Positions 14,003 to 25,110 of a stretch of 64,000 nt of DNA are shown here, piece by piece. Source of the stretch: Lama guanicoe (taxonomy: Eukaryota). Positions within the stretch are counted from its first letter, which is position 1; the number at the start of each line of letters is the position of its first letter. Where the stretch lies: NCBI GenBank assembly GCA_013239625.1, contig MU053810.1, positions 4,868,071-4,932,070 of the forward strand. The letters run 5' to 3'. The notes below the pieces were generated by a model. The model was not told the DNA's origin and made no database searches. It saw only the letters and a program-made list of their open reading frames with translations. Position numbers and translations under genes: made by a program.

Positions 14003-15229
14003 CTGTTGGAGAAGAAGTATATCAGTATTTGCAGTAAGTGCGTAAAACACCTTAAAGATGTAAAAATAATCTGATTATGACAACTAGCCTTTCATGAATA
14101 AGTGGATATTTCATTGTTACCATGTTCATTTCAGTGTTCGATGCAAGTGAGGAATAACAGCTAATTTTATAAAACTTCCGATTCAGTGATTGAAGATTTC
14201 TAGATTGGAAATTAAAACTGTCTCTGCGTAAAAGGTGACTTTTTCTCATCCTTTTTTTTTAAGCTCAAAGAAAAAGCTACTCAGACTTAAACGCTGGGCT
14301 TTATATCATTAGTACCCATAGCTGTCATGCTCTATTAAGAGCTTCCACATGGTCAGTGATGATGGGTAAGTGGTCACCATTGGCCGTGAGTTACAGAGAG
14401 GACAGCTCATCTGCACTGGTCCAGCCTGGACGCCGCGGCAGGAATGCACCGTGCAGGCTGAGCACGACCACTGCTCCTCCCTCCAACCACGTTCTGGATG
14501 TTTCAGTACAGAGGACAACGGCTGCCACTGAAGAGGCTCAGGGCTTCGAGAAGGGGTTCACATTAATTATTCAAAACAGCTTAAATTTAGGGGACAAAGT
14601 TGTCTTGTTGCTGCTGTTAATTTGAAATTCACTGAAGGAACTTAGAAAGGTGTGACTGAGATGGCATGTCCTCTCTTCTCAGAATCTGCCTCCCGCTTTC
14701 CCTCCAAACAACAAGATCACCAGAAACACCTATGAAGACTCAGTCTCCAGTGTCAGGGGACCCCTGGAGCTCTGCACTAGGAAATACGCATAAGGGTGGT
14801 GAAGTGCCGTGAAGTAAAAAGTGGATTCGGGGAAAGAGGTCACCAGTGGTTGCACGTCTCAAACAAAACTGCAGAGCACTGTTCTCTGAGTAAAACCAAG
14901 CTCCCCCTGTTTGGAACAATGGGAACTGGGATGCTGGTGCTGGGGACCGGAGCCTCCTGTATCACCACGGAGTGTCAGGGGAGGTGAGGAGGAAGGAGAA
15001 ACACGCAGTCCTGCCATCTTTGCAGAAAGAGGTAAGTGAAGCCGACTCTGAAAGGAGGCCATTACTGCTGTCTTCCAGAGGGGAAGAGTAAAGGCTGCAA
15101 CAGTTCACAAAGCCACCCCGGCACCATTAGAAAGACCCCTGCTAGTCACCACTGCCATCGCCACCACCACTGCCCTGGCCACACTGCACATCCACTCCCC
15201 CCCAAGTAGCTGGCCCAGGAAGAACAAAT

Positions 15230-16870
15230 TGTATTAGAATATAAATAATAATCAAACGGAAGTTTCAGAGTATCTGTACAAAAATTCTACAATAAAAAAG
15301 ACAAATCATTCTTTGACAGAATAAGGATCAGTATGAGAAAGATGTCAATATTTCCTCAATTAATCTGTAAATTAAACACTGTGCCAAGGAAAATATCCAG
15401 AAGAACTTAAGAAATAGAAACTGATTTTAATGTTCAAATAGTAAAATAAAAACAGCCAGAATTCTGCAAGAACATTATGAGGGAGAAAAGCCCCACCAGA
15501 TGATAAAAACACTACAAAACCACTGTAATTAATAGAATCTGGTAGACATGATAGACAAATAAACTGAATAGAGTCCAAAAATAAAACCAAAGACATGTAA
15601 CAAATTCATTTATAATAAAGATGACATATCAGTGGGAAAAGTATGACATTTAATAGATGATCTTGGGACAACTGAGACACACTGGAAAATATACAGTTGG
15701 CTCTTTATCTCACTAATTAGAATAAATTCCAGATGAGTCAAAGTTGTAAATGTACAAAAAGGAAAAAGATGAAGAAAAACACACAAATTTGAGAAGTAAA
15801 CATGAAAGAATCTGTTATAATTCTGGAAGAAAGAAAGGCTTTTTCAGTATGATTCAAAATCAAAAGGCCTTAAAAAAAATTCCTTAAAAAAATTCCTAAA
15901 TTTGACCACACACACAAAAAAATGTTTAACATTTTACAGGGTTTAAACAAACAAAAAACTTCAGAAAACCAAATGAAAAATATTGAGGAAAGACTTGCAA
16001 CACTTATCTCAGAAAAGAGCTAGTTTCTTTTGTTTAAAAAGCCCCAGAAGTTACCCAGAAAAACCAGGAGGAAAATGGCTAGGAGACAGGAAAAAGCAGT
16101 TTGCAGAAAAAGAACCATAAACATCCTTAAATATATATGAAAGAATGTGCAATTAATAAGAAATTTTCAAATTGAAACTGTAATATGATACCATTAGAGT
16201 TGTTAAAAAAATAAAAATAACAAGAACCACCCACCAAAGTTAATTAACATGCTGTGTTGGTGAGGGGAGCAGCAAAGACTTCTGTACCCTGTTGGTGGCT
16301 GTGATTTGGTTTAGTCTTTATGGAGAGCAGCTGACAATGGATATTGAAATAAAAAATATACAGACCCCTTGATGTAACAATCCTTTTTCCAACCGTGCTC
16401 ACTCCTGTATATGCTAAATGAGCTATGTACTGAAGTACACGGTATAAAGTCACTGAAGTATTATTTGTTGTAGCATGAGATTTGATCAATCTAAATGTCT
16501 CTTAACAGAATATAAAATACCAGTTAAATATATTATGGTATAACTACTCAATGGAAAATTAAACAATCATGAAAATGAATGTGCCAGGAATACATGCACT
16601 GAATACTCTTCAAGATCCAGTGTGTAGGGCACCTATCATTTGTTTATAAAAATAATTAGAATACACACACATATGTAAGCATATGTAAATGTGAGTATGA
16701 CTTTATGCAAAGAATAGCTCTGGAATTATATTAAAAAAATGATAACATAGTTATGTGTGAGAGCAGGACTGGGTGGCCGGAGCCCTAGAGCGGGAGTGAT
16801 TATTTAATATACATAGTTTTACATGTATTTTTGTATTATGTTTGTGTATCACTGACTTTGAAATATTAAT
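15230..16870 (+). mobile_element. Ancient L1 (L1ME-like) ORF2 3' part and 3' UTR, highly degenerate
   Basis: A-rich sequence with decayed ORF2 motifs (aagatgtcaatatttcctcaattaatct...; gggacaactg). Confidence 0.65.
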
Positions 16871-16997
16871 TTTTTTTTAAAAAAATCAACCGAATATATT
16901 ACCACGTAACAACTTTGATTTTTCATTTGCATGTCTAATGTCATAAAGTTAGAAAATATAAAAGGCATCATTAATTCAGCATTTATATGTCAAAGAG

Positions 16998-17040
16998 ATG
17001 CTTAACACCCCTAACAAGTATGCTTAACACCCCTAACAAG
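16998..17040. repeat. Tandem duplication, period 22 (atgcttaacacccctaacaag x2)
   Basis: Directly visible. Confidence 0.9.
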
Positions 17041-17045
17041 ACTTA

Positions 17046-17225
<180 letters not shown>

Positions 17226-17294
17226 TCATTATAGTTTTCTACGTGGAAAACTGAGAATGCAAGACAGTTCGTATAACCACTCACTGAAACATAC

Positions 17295-17453
17295 CCTGGT
17301 CGTGGGACAGCTGACGTCGGATTAAAGGAGCTGACGTTGTGAGGCCGGGAGGGATGGTTGCTATGGAGGGGACCTGGGAGGTAGAGGCCGAGATGACAGC
17401 AGAAGCAGGGATGTGCGAAATATCATGATCGATGCTGGGGCTAGTTGGTTCAT
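17295..17453 (-). CDS. ARHGAP21: ARHGAP21 exon ~10 (159 nt), (D)[21 protein letters not shown]...[10 protein letters not shown]
   Basis: gacag acceptor, gtatgt donor; symmetric phase 1->1. Confidence 0.95.
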
Positions 17454-17964
17454 CTGTCAGATAAAATGAAAATAAATATTCAGATATTAAATGGCCTAAT
17501 TACTATTAACAATAACAGCAGAATCAATATTCAGTATTCATTACTGTAAAAACCAGATAAAGATAACACATCCACAGACATAACAATAAATGACATAGTT
17601 GGTCTGTTAAAAATCTCCTTATACAGTAATTCCAAATAATTCCAAGAATGTGATCTAAGAAATTAAATGAGTTGCTGCTTCTACCAAACAATTAATACCT
17701 TCACTAAACTGATAATCAAGACACCAAAGTTCACAGATATTCAGAACCTAGACCTATAAAAGCAGAATAAACACACACCACGGTAAAAGAATTACTTCCC
17801 CAATTTTAAGTGTATCACACATTATCATCTCAGGAAGCAAGCAAGGCTGAACTTTCAAGGCATCAGTTCCTAAAACCTACACCTCCCACCTCCCACCACA
17901 CAAGTAGCTCTTGTCCAAAAAGCTATAGCGTCTTCCAAAAGAACTTATTCATCATCAAGGCCAC

Positions 17965-18170
17965 TGGTACAGAGGGAATGTTTGTGTCCTCCCTAAATTC
18001 ATATGTTGAGAATTAATCCTCACTGTGATGCTATTAGGAGGCGAAGCCTTTGAGAGGTGATTAGGTCACAAGGATGGAGTCCTCATGAATGGGATTAGTG
18101 CCCTCACAAAAGAGGCCCCAGAGAGCTCCCCTGCCCCTTCTACTATGTCAGGACACAATGTGAGCCAGGA
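17965..18170 (+). mobile_element. MaLR LTR (MLT1A-like) 5' part
   Basis: aatgtttgtgtcctccctaaattcatatgttg...cctcatgaatgggattagtgccct. Confidence 0.75.
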
Positions 18171-19378
18171 GGCTGAGAATCATCTTCCACAACTCAGTGA
18201 AATTATCAGAATTTTGGGCATAGACTGTGGCCAAGTCATTTTGCTTTTCATTTCACATCTGTTAGGGAAGAGATTATTCTCCCCTTTCCCCAAATCACAG
18301 CATCATAATGAGGCATGTTAATGCTATAATATTCAATGATGGAGTAAATCACACATCACAAGGGGAGGAGTAAGTCTGTGTAAGTTGGAAGAAATGGTGA
18401 CTAATATGAAAGTATATATAAAAATACATAGTGCCCCAAAAGCATGTACAGATAAATCTCTTTTACTAGAAATAAGGAAACTGAACACACTGTTTCTGGT
18501 CCAGTCCTAGGAGAAGGGACATTCACTGCAAATGACCTAAAATCCAATCTATACCTCAAAGTACAGTTTATAAAAGGAGAATAAATAAATACTGTTAATG
18601 GAGTCTTCATCTTAAGAAGAAATTCAATTGGGACAAACATTTCTTTTCATTTGCCTTCTGAGATGCATACATTCAGTTAAAGCAGTTACATGAGGCTGAA
18701 TTTTATCTTCAATAAGCAAACAGAAGCCCTTCATAAGTAACAACTTAGTAATCTTTTGGCAACACCAGAGGTGGTATTATTTTTTTAAATCTAACTTAAA
18801 CCCAGTGAAATAAGGTCATCTTAAAAAACTGATCTCCCTAGGAAAATTTTATTTCACCTCATTAGTACTAGTTAGTAACCATGAGGTGAAAAGTTTTGAG
18901 GTTCATAAAAGTGGCATGCTCAAGAAAGTCCACTTTCATTAAAGAGGTATGGTTAGGAAAGAATGCTTAAAAAAAAATCAAGCTACTAATAAATTAACAT
19001 GTGCTTCTGATCTCCAAAACTGACCATCAAGTGACAGATCTCTAGACACTCACTGAAGCTTTTTCATTAATTATAAACAGAGCTTACGAGGTGATACACC
19101 TGTTAACAACTGGTAAGGGGGTGCCGTCACCTAGTTCAATGGTCCCAAAGTGTCATAGTAATAACCCAACTCATGATTGTAGTGAAAATTAGTGTTTTAA
19201 TTAAGACCAAGCTTCTTTCATAGGTCAGTAAACACGCATTTATATGAACGTCTGGCTATCTGAAAGGCATTTTGAGACTGCGTTATTTTGATAATCAAAA
19301 ATGCAGTGCTGTAACTTCCTAATAGATACAAAAGGTTAAGAAGTGGTAGAACTTTGAATAGAGACTTTTTCACCCTAC

Positions 19379-19520
19379 CATGCCCACATGGCCGCAAGTA
19401 CAGCGAGTGGCGCTGTAAACCTACTGCTGCTGTTGGAGGAGGTATTTGAAAGGCAGGTGGCGAAATTAGAGCAGGAGCAGGAATGTGCGACTGTGGTCCG
19501 GACTGGGACTGCAGGCTCGC
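19379..19520 (-). other. ARHGAP21: Candidate alternative coding exon (142 nt), paralogous to exon 10
   Basis: tttgctgcctgtag acceptor, ATG|gtaggg donor; open in phase 0->1: ASLQSQSGPQSHIPAPALISPPAFQIPPPTAAVGLQRHSLYLRPCGH. Confidence 0.65.
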
Positions 19521-19728
19521 CTACAGGCAGCAAACATCACAGCAGCACAAAGCTCTGTGTTTTAAAAAGGCAGGTGGAAGTATTGCTTTCCGACCTGCCG
19601 CAGGTCACAGTTACTTGGCTGAATTTCTGCAGCCTCTGTGGGTCAGACAAGTTAACGAGTGGTGATAAGATTTCGAGGGTTTGCGTGTATGTGAGAGACA
19701 CGTGTGTATGAAAGATGACCCCGCTTAC

Positions 19729-19776
19729 CAGCTGACAAATATTGGAAGTATTAATTTCAAGGAACCTAGCATTTAT
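19729..19776 (-). other. ARHGAP21: Candidate alternative exon (48 nt), INARFLEINTSNICQL
   Basis: ttctttgaag acceptor, CTG|gtaagc donor; open, phase 0->0. Confidence 0.4.
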
Positions 19777-20158
19777 CTTCAAAGAATTTAATAAATATTA
19801 GGCACTAATTTCACAAGTCTATCTTTGGAATGATTAATTTCAGCACACAGAAAAAGCCAGCTACTAGGAATGGAGAAGACTGAGCTCCAGGGGAGGGTCA
19901 AGAGACTTGGATCCTGTCTTGTTGGAATTCCTCTGGATATTAAATTTGTCCCTGTAAAGAAACTGGACTGGGATTATCAAAAGGGTCATTTCTAGCTCAA
20001 GAGGACTACAACAATAAAGCCACTAAAGGGGTAAAATTATCCGTTTATGTAAGAATATAAAATACTTCTGGATTTTTATAAGCCAGGGAGTTTTTAGGGG
20101 GCTTTTGAGGTTTGAATTTATTTTAAAAACTGACAAATCTGGCTGAGAGTGTACTTAC

Positions 20159-20190
20159 TACTGGCTTTATTTTCAACTTAAAGGAACTCG
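20159..20190 (-). other. ARHGAP21: Candidate alternative exon (32 nt), (A)SSFKLKIKPV
   Basis: attttcag acceptor, GTA|gtaagt donor; open, phase 1->0. Confidence 0.45.
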
Positions 20191-21096
20191 CTGAAAATCT
20201 AGTAAGTCTGCTTTAGGGAAGCAATTCTATAATTTTTATAAGTGTGAAGTTAAAAAAAAATTATTCCCCAAAGTAAGTAAGCACAGTATTCTACAAGGTG
20301 TGCTACAGATAAATTTGAAATACTGTAGGATAAAAGCCATGCTACTACCAAAAGGAAGATAAATGAACACCTAAAATTATTCTGTGGGGAGCAGTTTTCT
20401 TAAACTTGGAACACATAAATTTATCTAGTAAGAAGATGCCAATTCAAACCTGGGAAATCTGAGCTAAGAAGAGTGAATATTAATTCAGAACTATCCTTTA
20501 GCCTAAGATTTAAAAGAGTAAAAGGCCAGGATTTAAATTTTAGCACATTTTTAGGGCACTGTTGAAAGAACATGATATTTGGAGCAGGCAGTCAGCTCCG
20601 TCAGTTACCTGCCGACAGACCTTAGTCAAGGACTTAACTTTCCTTATCCATAAAGTGGGTATTTATTCCTGACCAAAATTCCCTACATGATTATCCTAAG
20701 GACTGGTACATGAAATACTTGGTAGGTTAAAGTACTGCGTAATTTGGGGTTTTTTTTTGGGGGGGGGTTGTCATTATATTAAAGATTACCTCACATCATC
20801 ACTCAAATAATAGAAGCAAAATTATCTCTAAGCTTAAGAACCAACAGAATCAAATTTTAGGGGAAAGCTGATACACAAAAAGGATTATAAGATGATACAG
20901 TGTAATTTTTCTTTTCATGGATTATAAGCTTTGCAGAAAGACTCAGTCCATATTTGTGTAAAAGACGGGCTGGGGTCCTGGCTGCAGCCTCCCCGCTGGA
21001 GTGAGAGATTAGAGCTCCCCGAGGAGGAGGCTGGGTTTAAGGTGACAGTTACCCAGTTCTATCGCTTTTGGGTGGATTTCAGAGGGCTAAGCTCAC

Positions 21097-21340
21097 CTGT
21101 AGAGATGCTGTAATCCAGCTATAGCCTGTAAGCTTTAAAACTTCTAAATCGGTTTAAAATGGCAGTGCCAGCAAGGCTGCAAAGTCAGTTTCAGTTAGGC
21201 CAGTGCTAACTAAGTACACGCAAGCTGGCCAACCTTGCGGCGGGGAGGACAGAGAGGAGTACTAAAAACACGGCAAAAAACAGAGGAGAATGGATGTGAG
21301 AAGAACTCGATGTGAGTCATACGGCTGGTTTCTTTATATT
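21097..21340 (-). promoter_or_regulatory. Candidate internal promoter/first exon
   Basis: TATAAAG (21332-21338, minus), AP-1 site TGACTCA (21313-21319), locally raised GC/CpG, strong donor CAG|gtgagc at 21097/21096. Confidence 0.35.
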
Positions 21341-23709
21341 AATAGTTATGAGTGGTATGAATCAAAGGTAGAAAGTCAGGATTGGAGAAAACACCTGAAA
21401 ACCTGCTACTCAACAACAAATGACTTACGAATTCATTATTCATGTTGTGTTTTGTGTTTACTTGTAAAAGAAGTTGAAATTTATTTTCAGGACTTATTTT
21501 GAAGATTTATGAGTAGACGTAAACAAAATACTGTTAATGACTAATATTCCTACTTTAAAAACAAATAAAGGGGTTTATTTTCTTCATTTTTCTAAGTCTT
21601 TGTGACCCAAAAGGAGTATCAGATATTAAATGTGTAGCAAAATTTTGGAAAACTGTCTTTCTGTTAAGATGTTTCATTAGCTCTGTAGTATACAGATAAC
21701 TGAATAAATGAATTGGCTCAATTCTCTGATATTTTGGGAATAAAGCCAAGATATTTATTTATTTCTGTCTTTGCATTGGTTATAATGTTTTCAAGTAACA
21801 AAAATAATTACTAAAAATCAGACTGTAAGATTCTGGAGTGTGACAATACAAAAGCAAGCCTTAACTCTTTTCCTTTCATCCTTTTAATTTAAATGTTCCA
21901 TAAAATAGCACAGATTTTAGACCAACATTTTCCAAAGTGTATTTTATGGTGTACTAAAACTGAAATACTCTAAATAAAAACAGAAAGGATTCATGATCAA
22001 ATACTTCTGAGACAAACTGTATTATATCCTGCCTAGAAAATTCACAATACATAGGAACATGTTAATGATTCTGAGAGTTCTACGGTGAAGACAGACAAAA
22101 CTTTTAAAACTCAGCATTTCTCAATTTATTTGATCATTAATCTTATTTTCCCCCCTTAATCAAATGGAATTAAGTGTTCCTAGAAAATACTTTGGGAAAC
22201 ACTGCAAATTGTCTCTTATACTCCATTTCATTGTTGGTGTCTATCCCAGTAAAACATACATTTTTAGAAATAGCTAGATTGGAAAGACACACATCCATTG
22301 GTCAGCTAAAACTCTGAAGCTCAATAATACACAGATTTCAATATTAAATTCTGGAACTTAAGAACGCTTACATCCACGGACAGCATTCACAGTCAAAACA
22401 GTGAAATCGATTGTTCTTCACCCTGTTCCACTGGTGCTGCTCAGCTGATACACCAGAGCAATTGTGTGCTATATATTAAGGTCCTGGGAGACGTACAGGA
22501 AATAAATGGATTATAAAGACATTTCTATGCTGGGTGATTTTTAAGTAATGATTCATAAAACCAAAAATATCATTCACTAGGAACTATAAAGGAGAGTCTA
22601 AACAGCACTTAAAGTAGAACCTGATCAGAACCAAATAGTGAGCATTTTCATTTTTAATGAATAAACAAAATGGTCTAATCATTTTTCTAAATCTTTATGT
22701 ATACAGAATTAGATTTTTGTTTTATATTTTAGCCAAAGTTCTCTCTTCAATAACGTAATTGATCTTCTTATTCCTGTACTTAGTGGTAACGAGGAAGAAA
22801 TATTAACAGATATAACTAGGAAACTTTTTATTACTCTAATATAATTTGATTATATTATTCTTATTACGTAGGAAAAAAATATAATACTATTACTCTGCTG
22901 AGATCTCATAGGCCTGTGAAATACAGCCGTGGGTTGTAAATGTTTAAAAAAAATGTTTAAAAAGTATTTGTAAATGTTTAAAAAAAAGTTGTGAAACAAT
23001 CATTTATATGATATAAAATATAATATAAAATATAATATAAAACATCTATAAGGTTCTATCTACAATAAAATTCTACTATTCTTTGAGGTTGGACTTAAGG
23101 GTACAGATATAGTACAATTTAGGTTGAGATTCCCCATGATGTTTAAAACTTGAATATGTCATATTTATAAAAAGCATGTTATGTGGAACTTTTTTTTTAA
23201 AAAAGCTGATTCTGATAATGTCACTTGACATTCCAATAGTGCAACAGCTTTAGAAAGTTTTTCCAGAAAAGAAAAAGTCTGAAATATTACTCAAAGGGAA
23301 ACACATTACATTATAAAATGATGGAGAACTAACTCTTCATGAACCTATGGGGTAAGAGGTTGAGGAAGGGTATGGCCTTGGCCTCAAAGCAAGGCCTTGC
23401 ATCACACAACTCCAGAGGGCGCTCTGCACAACGCATTCTGTATAAATGGTGCCCTCTAGAGTTGTCCTCTGCGATGAGACTGAAATCAGTGAAGTCGAGT
23501 TCCAGTCTCTACTGTTTATTAACTGTGTGACTTTGGGGAAGTTAATTAACCTCTCGATAGCTTAAATTTCTCATTTACTAAATAAAAATAGCACTAAGGA
23601 CATGTATGATAGTTCTGTTGGCAGATGATGTCCTAAGGGTCCGTAGTAATTACGAGAACTTTTTTTAAAAATTTTGCTACACATTTAACCATCATCTCAA
23701 AATTATCAT

Positions 23710-24320
23710 TCACCTTATCATTTCAACAAATACTTATTCAGTGCCATCTATATGCCAGGTAGTGGTCCCAGGCGTTAAGGACACAGAAATGAACAAAAGA
23801 TCTAAAATCCTGGCTTTCATGGAGCTTCTGTTTTAGCTCTACAGAGAAGCATGTAATAAACAAAAAACACAAATGTCAAGTGGAAACAAGTGGTACAAAG
23901 ATAAATCAAGTAGCTTAAGGGGACAGAAGATATCAGGTTCTGTGTATGTGTGGAGGGTACCTATTTCAGACAGGCTGTTCTGGAAAGGCTGCTTTGATAA
24001 GGTAATATCTGAACAGACGCCCAAATGTACTGAGAGACAGAGTCTTGTGAGTATCTGTGGAATGCACTCCAGGGCTGGGAACTGGTGCCAGGGCCCTGAG
24101 CTCAGCGCCTTCCAGGACTGCAGGGGACCAGCGTGGGCAAGGACGGGATGCGTGGGCGAGGACGGGGTGCGTGGGGAGACAGGAGATGGGGGCGGAGAGA
24201 TGGGAGTGGCGTTGGGGGGTGGTCACAGAAGGCTTTGCCTGCCACAGTAAGGAATTTTGGATTCTATTCTGAGTAACATGGGAAGTAAAAGAAGGTTCTG
24301 ATCAGAGCAGTGATATGATC
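23710..24320 (-). mobile_element. L2 3' end
   Basis: cattcaccttatcatttcaacaaatacttattcagtgcc...atgccagg L2 terminus pattern. Confidence 0.65.
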
Positions 24321-24324
24321 TTGG

Positions 24325-24478
24325 TGGGGTTTTTTTGTTTGTGTGTTTGTTTTGTTTTGGTAGGGGGAGGTAATTAAGTTTATTTATTAATCTATTTTTT
24401 GATGGAGGTACCAGGGATTGAACCCAGGACCTCATGCATGCTACGCATGTGCTCTACCACTGAGCTATATCTGCCCCC
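24325..24478 (-). mobile_element. tRNA-derived SINE (vic-1-like)
   Basis: gggattgaacccaggacctcatgcatgctacgcatgtgctctaccactgagctata. Confidence 0.85.
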
Positions 24479-25110
24479 TCAAGAAGTAACATGATCTGAT
24501 TTACATTTTTAAAACATCACACTGGCTGCCTTGTGGGCAGTACACCTTGGGGGGGGGCGGTGTGGGAGCAGACTAAAGCCTCAGTAAACATGATAGTTGT
24601 CCCAAATCAGGGCGCATACTTGTCATTTAAATAATTTCCACCCATCTACTCCAGGATTTATTCTAAGACAAAGTAATTTGACAATGAAGAGGTCTTTCCA
24701 TTGGGCCCAAGTTAAATTTACAAAGAACTAAGCTTTAGAAAGTAAAAAAGCACTAGTTAAACGAAAGTTGATTACTAGTGATTAAAACTGTTCAACCTGG
24801 CTTTTGATTCAGCTGAATCAACAACTAAGTATAATTTCGTTTGCCGAGTCTCTTGGCCCCAGAAGGTGGGAATTTGTTTCATCAAAATCAAAATTAAGAA
24901 TGGGTATCGAGTACATAAAATTAAAAAAAAATTAATATTAGAAATAATTTTTGAGAGTAAAAGCTTATGGCTCTGGTTTTAGCACAGGGTAGAAAATGCA
25001 CAAGTATTTTAAAATCACAGTGTAAAATTCCTGTGCCTGTTGAAATACTTTGCTGAAAAAGTTTTGTTCAATGTTCGACACATTAGCCAACGACTATGAA
25101 ATAAGCTCAC

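Noticed and set aside
14355..14461. C-box (GTGATGA) and D-box (CTGA) pair resembling a C/D snoRNA
   Set aside because: Antisense to the host gene, with no convincing terminal stem or recognisable guide.
19088..19099. 12-nt AG/GT-bounded microexon (GVSP)
   Set aside because: No pyrimidine tract and weak donor context; likely chance.
19388..19711. 107-aa plus-strand ORF with a good Kozak context
   Set aside because: Best explained as the antisense shadow of the candidate exon at 19379-19520; no independent gene structure.
22930..23050. AT-rich short repeats (aaatgtttaaaaa; atataaaat)
   Set aside because: Low-complexity slippage; no spacer-repeat array structure.
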